DNA from: Agreia sp.
Lineage (GTDB): Bacteria; Actinomycetota; Actinomycetes; Actinomycetales; Microbacteriaceae
Direction of reading: 5' to 3'
DNA: 64,000 nucleotides
Assembly (NCBI RefSeq): GCF_964263775.1
Contig: NZ_CAXVWM010000117.1
Coordinates: forward strand, 5,653-69,652
Shown here: piece after piece, positions 1 through 10,840 of the stretch
Position numbering within the stretch: position 1 is the first letter of the stretch
Layout: every line of letters starts with the position of its first letter
Made by a program: the position numbers and the translations under genes
The notes under the pieces: generated by a model
Databases searched by the model: none
What the model was told of the DNA's origin: nothing
The model's input: only the letters and a program-made list of their open reading frames with translations

Positions 1-615
1 AGGCAGGGCACGGCCCTGGCCCAGGCCGCCGCCGCGCGCGGGGCGAGCGTCACCCTCATCGCCGCCCATGTCGAGGTGCCGCTTCCCGAGACCGTCACCG
101 TCGTCTCGGTCGAGACCACGGCCCAGTTGGCCGACGCCGTCGAGGCCGAGGCGCCCGCGCACGACGCCATCATCATGGCGGCCGCGGTGGCAGATTACCG
201 GCCGGCCACCGTCTCGAACGCGAAGATCAAGAAAGACGCGGTCGGCGACATCTTGACGCTCGAGCTGGTGAAGAATCCCGACATCCTCGCCGCCGCCGCA
301 GCCGCAGCCCGCGCCGACCAGCTCGTGATCGGTTTCGCGGCCGAGACCGCCGACACAGACGAGGATCTCCTCGCACTCGGCCGATCCAAGATCGCGCGCA
401 AGGGCTGTGACTTGCTCGTCGTGAACCGGGTCGGCTGGACGGAGGGTTTCGCCACGGAGGGAAACGCCGTGACGGTCCTCGACCGCGCCGGGTCTATAGT
501 GATCGAGGCCCGGGGCAGCAAGCTGTCGGTGGCCGATGAGATCCTGTCTGTGCTTGCCGAGCGACTGCTCGAAGACAGGCACCGCAATCCCTCAGAACTC
601 CCTGGAGCACCATGA
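1..615 (+). CDS. coaBC: Phosphopantothenoylcysteine decarboxylase/phosphopantothenate-cysteine ligase CoaBC, C-terminal (CoaB) part; 5' end outside the window
   Basis: Frame 1 is open from base 1. Translation contains [21 protein letters not shown] and GFAAET, typical of the CoaB ligase domain. Stop TGA overlaps the metK ATG (ATGA at 612-615). Confidence 0.85.
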   Translation, partial: RQGTALAQAAAARGASVTLIAAHVEVPLPETVTVVSVETTAQLADAVEAEAPAHDAIIMAAAVADYRPATVSNAKIKKDAVGDILTLELVKNPDILAAAAAAARADQLVIGFAAETADTDEDLLALGRSKIARKGCDLLVVNRVGWTEGFATEGNAVTVLDRAGSIVIEARGSKLSVADEILSVLAERLLEDRHRNPSELPGAP

Positions 616-1808
616 CGAGCCTTCGCCTCTTCACGTCCGAGTCCGTCACCGAAGGACACCCCGACAAGATCTGCGACCAGATCTCCGACAGCATCCTCGA
701 TGCCCTGCTCGAGGTAGACCCGTTCAGTCGCGTCGCCGTCGAGACGCTCGTCACCACCGGCCTCGTGCACGTCGCCGGCGAGGTCACGACGTCTGGCTAC
801 GTCGACATCCCCACTATCGTGCGCGAGAAGGTGTCGTCGATCGGCTACACGTCGAGCGACGTCGGATTCGACGGCGCCAGTTGCGGAGTCTCGGTCTCGA
901 TTGGCGCCCAGTCGCCCGAGATCGCCGCCGGCGTCGACAACGCGTGGGAGAACCGCCAGGGCGAGTCGCGCACCGATCCGTTCGACCTGCAGGGTGCCGG
1001 CGACCAGGGAATCATGTTCGGTTTCGCCACCACCGAGACACCTCAGCTCATGCCGCTGCCCATCTGGCTCGCGCACCGACTGGCCGAGCGCCTGGCCGAC
1101 GTGCGCAAGACCGGCCAGCTCGACTACCTGCGACCCGACGGCAAGACCCAGGTCACCATCGGCTACGACGGCATCGTGCCGAAGACCATCGAGACGGTCG
1201 TGCTCTCGACCCAGCACACCGAGTCTGTGACCAACGCCGACCTCTTCCACGACATCGAAGAGCTCGTCATCAAGCCGGTGCTCGCCGACAGCAACCTCGA
1301 TTCCCGGTCGGCCGACTTCCTCATCAATCCGACCGGCAGGTTCGTCGTGGGCGGTCCGCAGGGCGACGCCGGGCTCACCGGCCGCAAGATCATCGTCGAC
1401 ACCTACGGGGGCGCGTCCCGCCACGGCGGTGGCGCCTTCAGCGGCAAAGACCCGTCGAAGGTCGACCGGTCGGCCGCCTATGCCATGCGATGGGTCGCCA
1501 AGAACGCAGTCGCCGCCGGTTTCGCCGACAGGCTCGAGGTGCAGGTCGCCTACGCCATCGGAAAGGCCGCACCCGTCGGCCTCTACGTCGAGACCTTCGG
1601 AACCGGAAAGCTACCCGACGACCGCATCATCGACGCGATCACCGAGGTCTTCGACCTGCGCCCGGCGGCCATCATCCAGCACCTCGACCTGCTTCGGCCG
1701 ATCTACGGAGCCACCGCCACGTACGGGCACTTCGGTCGCGAACGTGCCGATTTCACGTGGGAGAGGCTCGATCGTGTCGCCGACCTGCAGGCCGCAGCAC
1801 GCATCTAG
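612..1808 (+). CDS. metK: S-adenosylmethionine synthetase
   Basis: 398 aa. N-terminus is [26 protein letters not shown], and [19 protein letters not shown] is present; both are MetK signatures. Confidence 0.97.
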   Translation: MTSLRLFTSESVTEGHPDKICDQISDSILDALLEVDPFSRVAVETLVTTGLVHVAGEVTTSGYVDIPTIVREKVSSIGYTSSDVGFDGASCGVSVSIGAQSPEIAAGVDNAWENRQGESRTDPFDLQGAGDQGIMFGFATTETPQLMPLPIWLAHRLAERLADVRKTGQLDYLRPDGKTQVTIGYDGIVPKTIETVVLSTQHTESVTNADLFHDIEELVIKPVLADSNLDSRSADFLINPTGRFVVGGPQGDAGLTGRKIIVDTYGGASRHGGGAFSGKDPSKVDRSAAYAMRWVAKNAVAAGFADRLEVQVAYAIGKAAPVGLYVETFGTGKLPDDRIIDAITEVFDLRPAAIIQHLDLLRPIYGATATYGHFGRERADFTWERLDRVADLQAAARI

Positions 1809-3833
1809 GTGATGGCAGCGCAGACCGCGCACGAGCCGCAGCTCATAGCCCGGGTGATGCTCGAATCCACCCTGCCGCAGCTCGACCGGCTCTTCGACTA
1901 CGCCGTGCCGAGCGCACTGCTCGAGCAGGCGAGACCCGGCGTCCGCGTCAAGGTCCCGCTCCGTTCCGCAGGCCGCATAGCGCGCGGCTATATCGTCGAG
2001 ACCACCGAAGCGGTCGAGTACCCCGGCGCGCTCAGCGAGATCGACGAAGTCATTTCGCCGGTGCCCGTTCTGACGAACGACGTCTGGAATCTCGCCCGGC
2101 GGGTGTCGGAGCGCGCGGCGGGCAGCGCGAGCGACGTCGTGCGGCTGGCCGTACCTCCCCGGCAGGTGCGGGTCGAGAAGGCGTGGCAACTCGAGCAGCA
2201 GGGCGTGAATCCTTCGACCGAATACCGGGCCAACCCGACGGTGACCGGATACGGCGCCCAGGTGCTCGACCGCGCGCTCGAAGAGGGCAGACGCGTCGCC
2301 GTGGCGGCCATTCCCGCCGTACACGAGGTGTCGCCGGGCGTCTGGATCGGTCGCTGGGCCGTCACCCTCGCCGAGGCGGCCGCTCGAACGCTCGCATCCG
2401 GCCGCAGCGCCATCCTGGCCGTGCCCGACTATCGCGATCAGCATCAGATCATGCAAGCCCTCGCCGTACTCGTGCCCCTCGACAGGGTCTCCCAACTCGA
2501 CGCCCGCCAGTCGAACGCCGACCGGTACCGGGCCTTTCTTCGGTGCCTCGAAGAGGCGCCCCGGGTCATCGTGGGCAACCGCTCGGTCGTCTACGCTCCC
2601 GCGGAGAGGCTCGGACTCATCGCCGTCTGGGACGACGCCGACCCCCTCCACAACGAGCCCCTCAGCCCCTACGCGTCGACCCGCGACGTGGCGCTCGTGC
2701 GCCAGGAGCAGTCCGGCTGTGCGCTGCTCTTCGCCTCCCATTCGCGCAGCACCTGGCTCGAACGTCTGGTCGAGATCGGGTACGTGACACCGTTCGCCCC
2801 CGACCCGGCGGTGCTTCCCCACGTCGTTCCCACGGCCGACCAGCCGGGCTCCGAGGCTGCAGCGCACGCGCGCATCCCGTCTGCCGCGTACAACACGGCC
2901 CGGCGCGCGCTCGAAGACGGCCCCGTACTCGTTCAGGTGGCCCGCCCGGGCTACGTCCCCGTACTGGCGTGCCAAGACTGTCGAACTCCGGCGCGCTGCC
3001 GAGTCTGCGAAGGCACCCTCCGACTCGGCGGCGCCGGTCAGACGCCGTCGTGCGAACTGTGCGGTGCGATCGCCGCCGACTGGCACTGCCGACACTGCGA
3101 GTCCACACGCATCCGTCTCGTCACCGCGGGAACGTCTCGCACGGCAGAAGAGCTGGGCCGGGCTTTTCCGGGAATTCGGGTCATCGTCTCCGACGGCGAG
3201 AGGCCGCAGCTCACCGTCGATGCCCGGCCTGCACTCGTCGTCGCCACCCGGGGCGCGGAGCCGGTCGCCAATGGCGGATACCGGGCCATCCTGCTGCTCG
3301 ACGGCGAGCGCATGCTCGCACGCGAGTCGCTGACCGTCGCCGAGGACTGCCTCCGGTGGTGGTCGAACGCCATCGCCCTGGCGGCACCGCGCGCACCGGC
3401 GGTCATCGTGGGCGTCGGGGGAGCACTGGCCCGAGCTCTCGTCACATGGAGCCAGCATCGATTCACCGCCGCCGAGCTCCCCGACAGGCGCGCGCTTCGG
3501 TTTCCGCCCATGGTTCGCCTCGCCACGGTCACCGGCCGCGCAGAGACCGTCGAGCAGGCGATCTCAACACTGCCCGATTCGGTACCCGATCATGAAACGG
3601 CGACAATTGACGTGTTGGGCCCCGTCGATGCCGGCGACGGCCTCGTTCGGGCCACGATTCGGTTCGACTACGCGTTCGGTGCCGAGGTCGCGCGCAGTCT
3701 TCGCTCGTCGATCATCCGCAATGCGACCGGTCGAACGAAGCGCCAGACGAGCAAGGCGACCGGCACCAAGACCAGCTTCAGGCCCCCGCCTGTGCTGAGG
3801 GTTCGATTCGACGACACGGAGGTCCTGGAATGA
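1809..3833 (+). CDS. priA: Primosomal protein N' (PriA) homologue with degenerate helicase motifs
   Basis: 674 aa. Four CxxC pairs (CQDC, CRVC, CELC, CRHC) match the PriA zinc-binding insert. Lies in the conserved metK-priA-fmt position. Start is GTG 1809 or ATG 1812. No GxxxxGK[ST] motif was seen. Confidence 0.8.
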   Translation: MMAAQTAHEPQLIARVMLESTLPQLDRLFDYAVPSALLEQARPGVRVKVPLRSAGRIARGYIVETTEAVEYPGALSEIDEVISPVPVLTNDVWNLARRVSERAAGSASDVVRLAVPPRQVRVEKAWQLEQQGVNPSTEYRANPTVTGYGAQVLDRALEEGRRVAVAAIPAVHEVSPGVWIGRWAVTLAEAAARTLASGRSAILAVPDYRDQHQIMQALAVLVPLDRVSQLDARQSNADRYRAFLRCLEEAPRVIVGNRSVVYAPAERLGLIAVWDDADPLHNEPLSPYASTRDVALVRQEQSGCALLFASHSRSTWLERLVEIGYVTPFAPDPAVLPHVVPTADQPGSEAAAHARIPSAAYNTARRALEDGPVLVQVARPGYVPVLACQDCRTPARCRVCEGTLRLGGAGQTPSCELCGAIAADWHCRHCESTRIRLVTAGTSRTAEELGRAFPGIRVIVSDGERPQLTVDARPALVVATRGAEPVANGGYRAILLLDGERMLARESLTVAEDCLRWWSNAIALAAPRAPAVIVGVGGALARALVTWSQHRFTAAELPDRRALRFPPMVRLATVTGRAETVEQAISTLPDSVPDHETATIDVLGPVDAGDGLVRATIRFDYAFGAEVARSLRSSIIRNATGRTKRQTSKATGTKTSFRPPPVLRVRFDDTEVLE

Positions 3834-4822
3834 AAATCGTCTTCGCGGGCACTCCCGCCGTCGCCCTTCCGACACTCGAGCTGCTCGCGCGCGGTCACGA
3901 GATCGCGTCGGTCATCACGCGCGAAGACGCGCTTCAGGGGCGAAAGCGCGTGCTCACCCCGTCTCCGGTCGCGGCCCGGGCGGTCGAGCTCGGCATCCCG
4001 AGCATCCGGGCGAACAGACTCGACGACATCGTCACGGAACGGGTGGCCGACCTGCAGCCCGACCTCGGCGTGATCGTGGCCTACGGGGGCCTTGTGCGCA
4101 GTCCGCTGCTCGAGACACCCCGCCTCGGCTGGATCAACCTGCACTTCTCGCTTCTTCCCCGCTGGCGCGGAGCAGCGCCGGTGCAGTGGTCGATTCTGAG
4201 CGGGGACACCGACGGAGGAGCCACCGTGTTCCAGCTCGTGGCCGCGCTCGACGCGGGGCCGGAGTTCGCGCGCGTCGTTCGACCCATCGGCGCCCACGAG
4301 ACGTCGGGCCATCTTCTCGAGGCGCTGTCCCATGACGGGGCGGCGCTCACCCTGAAGGTCGTCGATGACCTGCAGGCCGGTACCGCTCGCGCGCTCGAGC
4401 AGCACGGCGACGTCACCCTGGCCCCGAAGATCACCCTCGAACACGCCCGCATCGACTGGGCCCACGACGCCGACGCCGTGTTCCGTCGCATCCGGGCCAC
4501 CACGCCCGAGCCGGGTGCCTTCTCGATCATCGACGGGCTCCGGGTCAAAATCCTCGAGGCCGCTCCCGCCTACGAGACCGCGGCGCTGCGCCCCGGCGTG
4601 CTCGGGGGCGACGGAGCCCGAGTGCTGATCGGCACGGCCAGCACACCCATCGAACTGCTCCGAGTGCAACCCGCGGGCAAGAAGCCCATGCCGGCGACCG
4701 CTTGGTGGCGGGGTCTCGACGCCGCGCAGTCGCACAGCGCCGACAGTTCCGCGTCCGGCGCCACCATCACCGGCGCCTCAGGCACCGGCACCGCAATCAC
4801 CGACAGATTCGGCACCCCATGA
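3830..4822 (+). CDS. fmt: Methionyl-tRNA formyltransferase
   Basis: MKIVFAGTPAVALPTLELL N-terminus and the HFSLLPRWRGAAPVQ motif. ATG overlaps the priA stop (ATGA). Low-complexity S/G/T-rich C-terminal tail. Confidence 0.93.
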   Translation: MKIVFAGTPAVALPTLELLARGHEIASVITREDALQGRKRVLTPSPVAARAVELGIPSIRANRLDDIVTERVADLQPDLGVIVAYGGLVRSPLLETPRLGWINLHFSLLPRWRGAAPVQWSILSGDTDGGATVFQLVAALDAGPEFARVVRPIGAHETSGHLLEALSHDGAALTLKVVDDLQAGTARALEQHGDVTLAPKITLEHARIDWAHDADAVFRRIRATTPEPGAFSIIDGLRVKILEAAPAYETAALRPGVLGGDGARVLIGTASTPIELLRVQPAGKKPMPATAWWRGLDAAQSHSADSSASGATITGASGTGTAITDRFGTP

Positions 4823-6234
4823 GCTCGCGACCCACCCCGTCTTCGATAGTGCAGCCCGCGCGTCGCATCGCGCTCGAGGTGATCACCGCCGTGCGCGTCG
4901 ACGACGCCTACGCCAACCTGTTGCTCCCCACCAAACTGGCCAGGGCCAGGCTTCAGACCAATGACGCGGCCCTCGCGACCGAACTCACCTACGGCACGCT
5001 GCGCATGCGCGGCTACTACGACAGGGTCATCGCCCTCGCGGCCGCGCGCCCGGTCGACAAGATCGACCCGGTCGTGCTCGACGTACTCGAACTGGCCGTT
5101 CACCAGCTGCTCGGCATGCGCGTGGCGCGCCACGCCGCGGTCAACGAGTCAGTCGAGCTCGCCCGCCTCGTGAGCTCGCGCTCGGCCACGGGATTCGTCA
5201 ACGGCGTGCTGCGCACCATCACCCGCACCGAACCCGACGCGTGGCGTGACCGGGTGATCGCCGATGCGAAAGACGACGACACACGCCTCGCCGCAGAGTA
5301 CTCGCACCCGACCTGGATCATCCGCGCGTTCCGCCGTTCGCTGACGGCGTCGGGAGTTTCATCAGGCGATCTCGAGAACGAGCTTCGCGATCTGCTCGAG
5401 GCGGATAACGTTCCTCCGCGCCTGGGGCTCGTGGCGTTGCCCGGACTGGCCGATCGATCGGAGATCACGGTTCCGGGGCGCACGACCCGCCGCTCTCCTA
5501 TCGGCTTCTCCGCCACCGGGGGAGACCCCAGCGACATCGCCGAGGTGCGCGCGGGAACCGTGCGCGTGCAAGACGAGGGGTCGCAGCTCGCAGCCCTCGC
5601 GCTCAGCCGTGCCGCCGACATCGCCCCGGGTGAGAAGTGGCTCGACCTCTGCGCCGGGCCAGGAGGCAAGTCCGCCGTGTTGGCCGCCGAGGCGCGCCTG
5701 GGCGCAGCGGTCCTCACCGCCAACGAACCCGTCCCGGCGCGAGCCCAGCTGGTGAGAAATGCCCTCGAGGCCATCGACGATCCGCCTGAGGTCTGGCAAC
5801 TCGACGGCACGACCATCGGTGCCGTGCAACCGGAGTCGTTCGATCGCATCCTCGTCGATGCGCCCTGCACCGGGTTGGGCGCACTGCGACGACGGCCCGA
5901 GGCACGCTGGCGCAAGAGTCCGCGCGACGTGGCCGACCTCGTCGAGCTGCAGCAGCGACTCATCGACTCGGCGGTCGAGGCGCTGCGTCCCGGCGGCATC
6001 CTGGCCTATGTCACCTGCTCGCCGCATGTGGCCGAAACCCGCGGGCAGGTGGTCGGCGCGTTGTCCCGCTGGGGTGACCGCCTCACCGCACTCGACACCC
6101 GAGCCGTCATCGAGGCGATCTCGGGCAGCGAGGCCCAGGCCGCCGAAGCATCGCAGGTGCAGCTCTGGCCTCACATCGACGAGACCGATGCGATGTTCAT
6201 CGCACTCTTTCGCAAGGCGGCCGACCGGCGGTGA
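4819..6234 (+). CDS. rsmB: 16S rRNA (cytosine967-C5)-methyltransferase RsmB/Sun family
   Basis: NusB-like N-terminal region plus SAM-methyltransferase motifs LDLCAGPGGKS, DAPCTGLGALRRRPE and YVTCS. Start placed at ATG 4819, which overlaps the fmt stop; the ORF-track start at 4702 lies inside fmt. Confidence 0.85.
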   Translation: MSSRPTPSSIVQPARRIALEVITAVRVDDAYANLLLPTKLARARLQTNDAALATELTYGTLRMRGYYDRVIALAAARPVDKIDPVVLDVLELAVHQLLGMRVARHAAVNESVELARLVSSRSATGFVNGVLRTITRTEPDAWRDRVIADAKDDDTRLAAEYSHPTWIIRAFRRSLTASGVSSGDLENELRDLLEADNVPPRLGLVALPGLADRSEITVPGRTTRRSPIGFSATGGDPSDIAEVRAGTVRVQDEGSQLAALALSRAADIAPGEKWLDLCAGPGGKSAVLAAEARLGAAVLTANEPVPARAQLVRNALEAIDDPPEVWQLDGTTIGAVQPESFDRILVDAPCTGLGALRRRPEARWRKSPRDVADLVELQQRLIDSAVEALRPGGILAYVTCSPHVAETRGQVVGALSRWGDRLTALDTRAVIEAISGSEAQAAEASQVQLWPHIDETDAMFIALFRKAADRR

Positions 6235-6276
6235 GCCGAACCCATGCGCCTCGGCGCACTGGCTAGGCTGATCGGT

Positions 6277-6945
6277 ATGCCCGTGCGTATCAATCCCAGC
6301 ATCCTGGCCGCCGACTTCGCCCATCTCGCGACGGAACTCGACCGAATCGCGTCTGCGGATGCGGTGCACGTCGATGTCATGGACAACCATTTCGTGCCGA
6401 ATCTGACGTTCGGCGTCCCCGTGGTCGAGCGGCTTCTCCAGGTGACCGAGCTTCCGCTCGACATGCACCTGATGATCACCGACGTCGATCGCTGGGCGCC
6501 GACGTTCGCCGAGCTCGGCGTCTTCTCGGTCACCTTCCATGCCGAGGCCACAGACGAGCCGGTCACATTGGCTCGTCGCCTCCGGCAGATCGGCGCACGT
6601 GCCGGGCTCGCCATCAAACCCGGCACCCCGGTCGAGCCCTACCTCGACGTGCTCGGCGAGTTCGACCAGCTTCTGGTCATGACGGTCGAGCCGGGCTTCG
6701 GCGGGCAATCGTTCATGCCCGAGACGATGAACAAGCTGGTCACCGCACGCGAGGTCGCGTCGCGTACGGGGCTCGACATCTGGCTGCAGGTCGACGGCGG
6801 CATCAACGACGAGACAATCGAGGTCGCTGCCCGTGCGGGAGCCGACACCTTCGTCGCGGGCTCGAGCGTGTTCGGCGCCGACGACGCGGGCGCCCAGGTT
6901 CAGCTGCTTCGCGACACGGCACTCCAGCACACGCACGTCGCCTAA
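6277..6945 (+). CDS. rpe: Ribulose-phosphate 3-epimerase
   Basis: Motifs [42 protein letters not shown] and QVDGGIN. Start chosen at the internal ATG (MPVRINPS). Confidence 0.93.
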   Translation: MPVRINPSILAADFAHLATELDRIASADAVHVDVMDNHFVPNLTFGVPVVERLLQVTELPLDMHLMITDVDRWAPTFAELGVFSVTFHAEATDEPVTLARRLRQIGARAGLAIKPGTPVEPYLDVLGEFDQLLVMTVEPGFGGQSFMPETMNKLVTAREVASRTGLDIWLQVDGGINDETIEVAARAGADTFVAGSSVFGADDAGAQVQLLRDTALQHTHVA

Positions 6946-6954
6946 ACTGCTGAC

Positions 6955-7218
6955 GTGAAGACTTTCGATGAGCTGTTCTCCGAGCTGAGCGCGAAGGCGC
7001 TCGAGCGTCCAGACGGCTCGGGCACCGTGCGCGAACTCGACGCCGGTGTGCATTTCATCGGCAAGAAGATCGTCGAAGAAGCCGCAGAGGTCTGGATGGC
7101 CGCGGAATACGAATCCGACGACGAGCTGGCCGCCGAGATCTCGCAGCTGCTGTATCACCTGCACGTGCTGCTCCTGGCAAAAGGACTGACGCCGGCCGAC
7201 GTGTACCGACATCTGTGA
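6955..7218 (+). CDS. hisE: Phosphoribosyl-ATP pyrophosphatase
   Basis: 87 aa. The run [23 protein letters not shown]...[13 protein letters not shown]...[13 protein letters not shown] is typical of HisE/MazG-like proteins. Lies immediately upstream of hisG. Confidence 0.9.
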   Translation: MKTFDELFSELSAKALERPDGSGTVRELDAGVHFIGKKIVEEAAEVWMAAEYESDDELAAEISQLLYHLHVLLLAKGLTPADVYRHL

Positions 7219-7297
7219 GCACGGCTCCCACCCGTTCGTTCTCATAGCTGCCCAGACAGTGCGTGCTCTTCGCCTGCCGAAACCTCGAAAGACTCCT

Positions 7298-8137
7298 ATG
7301 CTCAAGATCGCGGTGCCCAACAAGGGCTCCCTGTCCGAAACCGCCGTGCAGATGCTTGCCGAGTCGGGGTACCAGACCCGACGCGACACACGAGAACTGC
7401 ACCTCGTCGATGAACGCAACGGCGTGGAGTTCTTCTATCTCCGCCCCCGCGACATCGCCACCTACGTCGGCAGCGGTGCCCTCGACATCGGCATCACGGG
7501 GCGCGACCTGCTCCTCGACTCCGAGTCGCCCGCCCGCGAGATCGCCTCACTTCAATTCGGCGAGTCGACATTCCGCTTCGCGGGTCCGGATGGCGACTTC
7601 AGCGAGGTGTCCGAACTCGAGGGCCGGCGGGTCGCGACCAGCTACCCGGGCCTGGTGAAAGCCTTCCTGGCCGGGCACTCCGTCTCTGCCACACTCGTGC
7701 GTCTCGATGGCGCCGTCGAGTCGGCCGTGCGCCTCGGAGTCGCGGACGCCGTGGCCGACGTGGTGTCGACCGGATCGACGCTGAAGAAGGCCGGTCTCAC
7801 CATCTTCGGCCCCATCATCCTCGAATCCTCCGCCGTCGTGATCTCGTCGGGAGTCGACAAGCCCGGCGCCGACACGTTGCTGCGTCGACTGCAGGGCGTT
7901 CTGGTCGCGCGCCAGTACGTGCTGATGGACTACGACGTTCCGCTTTCGGAGCTAGACGTCGCCGCCGCGATCACGCCCGGACTCGAGTCGCCCACGATCT
8001 CACCCCTCCGCGATCCCGACTGGGTCGCCGTGAGGTCCATGGTTCCGCTGGCAGACACCAACCAGGTGATGGACGCCCTGTACGACGTCGGAGCACGCGC
8101 GATCCTCGTCAGTCCGATCCACGCCGCTCGCATCTGA
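7298..8137 (+). CDS. hisG: ATP phosphoribosyltransferase (long form)
   Basis: [26 protein letters not shown]-terminus and [14 protein letters not shown] motif. The ORF-track N-terminal extension (7259) was rejected. Confidence 0.9.
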   Translation: MLKIAVPNKGSLSETAVQMLAESGYQTRRDTRELHLVDERNGVEFFYLRPRDIATYVGSGALDIGITGRDLLLDSESPAREIASLQFGESTFRFAGPDGDFSEVSELEGRRVATSYPGLVKAFLAGHSVSATLVRLDGAVESAVRLGVADAVADVVSTGSTLKKAGLTIFGPIILESSAVVISSGVDKPGADTLLRRLQGVLVARQYVLMDYDVPLSELDVAAAITPGLESPTISPLRDPDWVAVRSMVPLADTNQVMDALYDVGARAILVSPIHAARI

Positions 8138-8139
8138 CC

Positions 8140-8901
8140 ATGGGCGTCGCCGTTCGTGTGATTCCCTGTCTCGACGTGGCCGCGGGCCGCGTGGTGAAGG
8201 GCGTCAAGTTCGAGAATCTGCGAGACGCCGGGGATCCCGTCGAACTCGCCCGAAGCTATGCCGAGCAGGGCGCCGACGAACTCACCTTTCTCGACGTGAC
8301 GGCAACGGTCGACGACCGCTCGACGACCTACGACGTGGTTCGCAAGACCGCGGAACAGGTCTTCATCCCCCTCACGGTCGGCGGGGGAGTGCGATCGGCC
8401 GACGACGTGGCCCGGCTCCTCGCATCCGGGGCCGACAAGATCGGCGTGAACAGCGCGGCCATCGCCAGGCCCGCACTGATCGACGAGATCGCCGACAGGT
8501 TCGGTGCCCAGGTCATCGTGCTCTCGCTCGACATCAAACGCAGCGACACGGTGCCCTCGGGCTTCGTCGTCACGACGCACGGCGGCCGCCGCGAGTCGAA
8601 ACTCGACGCCCTCGACTGGGCTGCCGAGGCGATCAGGCGCGGCGCGGGCGAGCTGCTGGTCAATTCAATCGATGCCGACGGCACCAAAGACGGCTTCGAC
8701 CTCGAGCTCATCGGCGTGCTGCGGTCGATCAGCCGCGTGCCCGTGATCGCATCAGGCGGCGCCGGCAGGCTCGAGCACTTTGCCGAGGCGGTGCGAGCCG
8801 GCGCCGACGCCGTGCTCGCCGCATCCGTCTTCCACAACCGTGAACTGACCATCGGCCAGGTCAAAGACGAACTCAGACGAGACGGAGCCCTGATCCGATG
8901 A
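8140..8901 (+). CDS. hisF: Imidazole glycerol phosphate synthase cyclase subunit
   Basis: Motifs [29 protein letters not shown] and VIASGGAG. Confidence 0.95.
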   Translation: MGVAVRVIPCLDVAAGRVVKGVKFENLRDAGDPVELARSYAEQGADELTFLDVTATVDDRSTTYDVVRKTAEQVFIPLTVGGGVRSADDVARLLASGADKIGVNSAAIARPALIDEIADRFGAQVIVLSLDIKRSDTVPSGFVVTTHGGRRESKLDALDWAAEAIRRGAGELLVNSIDADGTKDGFDLELIGVLRSISRVPVIASGGAGRLEHFAEAVRAGADAVLAASVFHNRELTIGQVKDELRRDGALIR

Positions 8902-9311
8902 CCCAGCCAGATTCGACGACCCAGCCAGATTCGACGACCCAGCCAGCAGACGATGTCGCCGCGATCCTCGCGCGCGCACAATTCGCGGCCGACGGACTCC
9001 TGCCCGCGATCATCCAGCAGTGGGACACGAAAGAAGTTCTTATGCTGGGCTACATGAACGCCGAAGCGCTGCGTCGCACCCTCACCGAGGGCCGTGTCAC
9101 CTTCTGGTCGCGGTCCCGCCAGGAGTTCTGGAGAAAGGGCGACACGTCGGGCCACGCGCAGTACGTGCGCGGGGCGGCACTCGACTGCGACGACGACACG
9201 CTCCTGGTGCAGGTCGAACAGGTCGGTGCCGCCTGCCACACGGGCGCCAGGGCGTGTTTCGACGTCGATCCCCTCGAACCCGTGCTCGGCTCAGCGGGGG
9301 AGTCGGCGTGA
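8898..9311 (+). CDS. hisI: Phosphoribosyl-AMP cyclohydrolase
   Basis: [43 protein letters not shown] and the C..DDD....V.Q.G.ACH metal site. ATG overlaps the hisF stop. The N-terminus carries the (TQPDST)2TQP repeat. Confidence 0.92.
   Translation: MTQPDSTTQPDSTTQPADDVAAILARAQFAADGLLPAIIQQWDTKEVLMLGYMNAEALRRTLTEGRVTFWSRSRQEFWRKGDTSGHAQYVRGAALDCDDDTLLVQVEQVGAACHTGARACFDVDPLEPVLGSAGESA
8901..8946 (+). repeat. In-frame 18-bp tandem repeat (acccagccagattcgacg x2 plus a partial 10-nt third copy) at the 5' end of hisI
   Basis: Direct reading: 8901-8918 and 8919-8936 are identical, and 8937-8946 repeats the first 10 nt. Confidence 0.95.
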
Positions 9312-10840
9312 TCGGCGGGCGCGTGTCCTCGACCACACGAACGGAGTTCGACGGCCTCCTCGGCACCCACCGGGTGCTGCCCGTTCTTCGCACGCTCTTC
9401 GCAGACGGCGAGACGCCCGTAGGCGTCTATCGCAAACTCGCCCAGGGTCGAGCAGGGTCGTTTCTGCTCGAGTCCGCAGGCCAGGGAGGCGTGTGGTCGA
9501 GATTCTCGTTCATCGGGGTGTCGAGCTACGGCGTGCTCACCAGCGAGGCCGACGGTGCCGTGTGGGTCGATCTCGGACTGTCCGAGTCCGACGCGTTTCC
9601 CGACGGATTGCCCGCGCAGCCGCTCGCGGCCCTCTCGGCTCTCTTCCACATCTGGCAGACGCCGGTCATCCCGGGTCATCCTCCGCTGACCGGCGGGCTC
9701 GTCGGCTTCATCGGCTGGGAGACCATCCGACAGATCGAGCACCTTCCCGATCGTCCACCGGCCGACTACGCGCTTCCGAGCCAGGCCATGGGATTCGTGC
9801 GCGACCTGGTCGTGATCGACCACCTCACGGGCACCGTGCAGCTGATCACGACGGTGCTCGCCGACCCGTCGGGTGACGCGGATGCGCACTGGCTCGATTC
9901 GCAGGAGCGTCTCGACGCCCTGCAGGCGGAGCTGGCGAAGCCGACGGAGACGCGGCTCGACGAGGCCGACTTCGACACGGTGGGCGAGCCCGTGGCACGC
10001 ACGGATCGCGGCGACTTCCTCGACGCGATCGAGCGCGCCAAGGTGCACATCCGCGACGGCGACGTCTTTCAGGTCGTCATCTCGCAACGCTTCGACCTCG
10101 AGTCCCGGGCGGAGCCGATCGACGTCTATCGCGTGCTGCGCACCCTGAACCCCAGCCCGTACCTCTACCTGCTGGCCCTCGAGCGCCCGGACAAGACGCC
10201 CTACACGATCGTCGGTTCCAGCCCCGAAGCTCTGGTCAAGGTCGAGAACGGTCGGGCCTTCACCCACCCGATCGCCGGATCCCGCCCCCGCGGAGCAAGT
10301 GTCGAGCACGACCTCGAGCTGGAGCACGAACTCCTCGGCGACGAGAAAGAGAAGTCCGAGCACCTGATGCTCGTCGACCTCGCCCGCAACGATCTGCTCA
10401 AAGTGTGCGTGCCGGGAACCGTCGAGGTCACCGAGTTCATGCGTGTCGAGCGGTTCAGCCACATCATGCACATCGTCTCGTCGGTAGAGGGGGCGATCAG
10501 GCCGGGGGTCACGGCGATCGACGTCTTCAGCGCGACCTTCCCGGCCGGAACCCTCTCCGGCGCACCCAAGCCGCGAGCCCTGCAGATCATCGACGACCTC
10601 GAACCCGCCCAGCGCGGGGCCTACGGCGGCGTCGTGGGCTACTTCGGATTCGCGGGCGACGCAGACCTGGCCATCGCCATCCGCACTGCCACGATCGAAT
10701 CGGGCGTGGCGCACGTGCAGGCCGGCGGGGGACTGGTCGCCGACTCAGACCCCGACTCCGAGTTCATCGAGTCGCAGAACAAAGCAGCTGCGCCTCTTCG
10801 GGCCGTCGCGATCGCGAACGCCATGCGGCGCGTCGTATGA
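9308..10840 (+). CDS. trpE: Anthranilate synthase component I
   Basis: Motifs [34 protein letters not shown] and [14 protein letters not shown] 9308 overlaps the hisI stop (GTGA). The ORF-track start at 9020 lies inside hisI. Confidence 0.92.
   Translation: MIGGRVSSTTRTEFDGLLGTHRVLPVLRTLFADGETPVGVYRKLAQGRAGSFLLESAGQGGVWSRFSFIGVSSYGVLTSEADGAVWVDLGLSESDAFPDGLPAQPLAALSALFHIWQTPVIPGHPPLTGGLVGFIGWETIRQIEHLPDRPPADYALPSQAMGFVRDLVVIDHLTGTVQLITTVLADPSGDADAHWLDSQERLDALQAELAKPTETRLDEADFDTVGEPVARTDRGDFLDAIERAKVHIRDGDVFQVVISQRFDLESRAEPIDVYRVLRTLNPSPYLYLLALERPDKTPYTIVGSSPEALVKVENGRAFTHPIAGSRPRGASVEHDLELEHELLGDEKEKSEHLMLVDLARNDLLKVCVPGTVEVTEFMRVERFSHIMHIVSSVEGAIRPGVTAIDVFSATFPAGTLSGAPKPRALQIIDDLEPAQRGAYGGVVGYFGFAGDADLAIAIRTATIESGVAHVQAGGGLVADSDPDSEFIESQNKAAAPLRAVAIANAMRRVV

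Noticed and set aside
536-3595. 1019-aa ORF in an alternative plus-strand frame across metK and priA, extremely Arg/Pro/Ala/Gly-rich
   Set aside because: Typical out-of-frame shadow ORF of a high-GC genome. It has a low-complexity translation with no family motifs, and it overlaps two genes with strong motif support.
5362-7419. 685-aa minus-strand ORF antisense to rsmB, rpe, hisE and hisG. Similar long antisense ORFs include 195-1424, 1611-3458, 9050-10714, 20427-22040, 30982-32745, 38027-39961, 40099-42237, 49344-50876, 54390-55721 and 58651-59952.
   Set aside because: They span several independent sense genes and intergenic gaps and have no recognisable domains. They are explained by stop-codon depletion in antisense frames of GC-rich coding DNA.
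8752-8979. Minus-strand ORF with repeated LAGSSN units
   Set aside because: It is the antisense translation of the hisI 18-bp tandem repeat and lies inside hisF/hisI.
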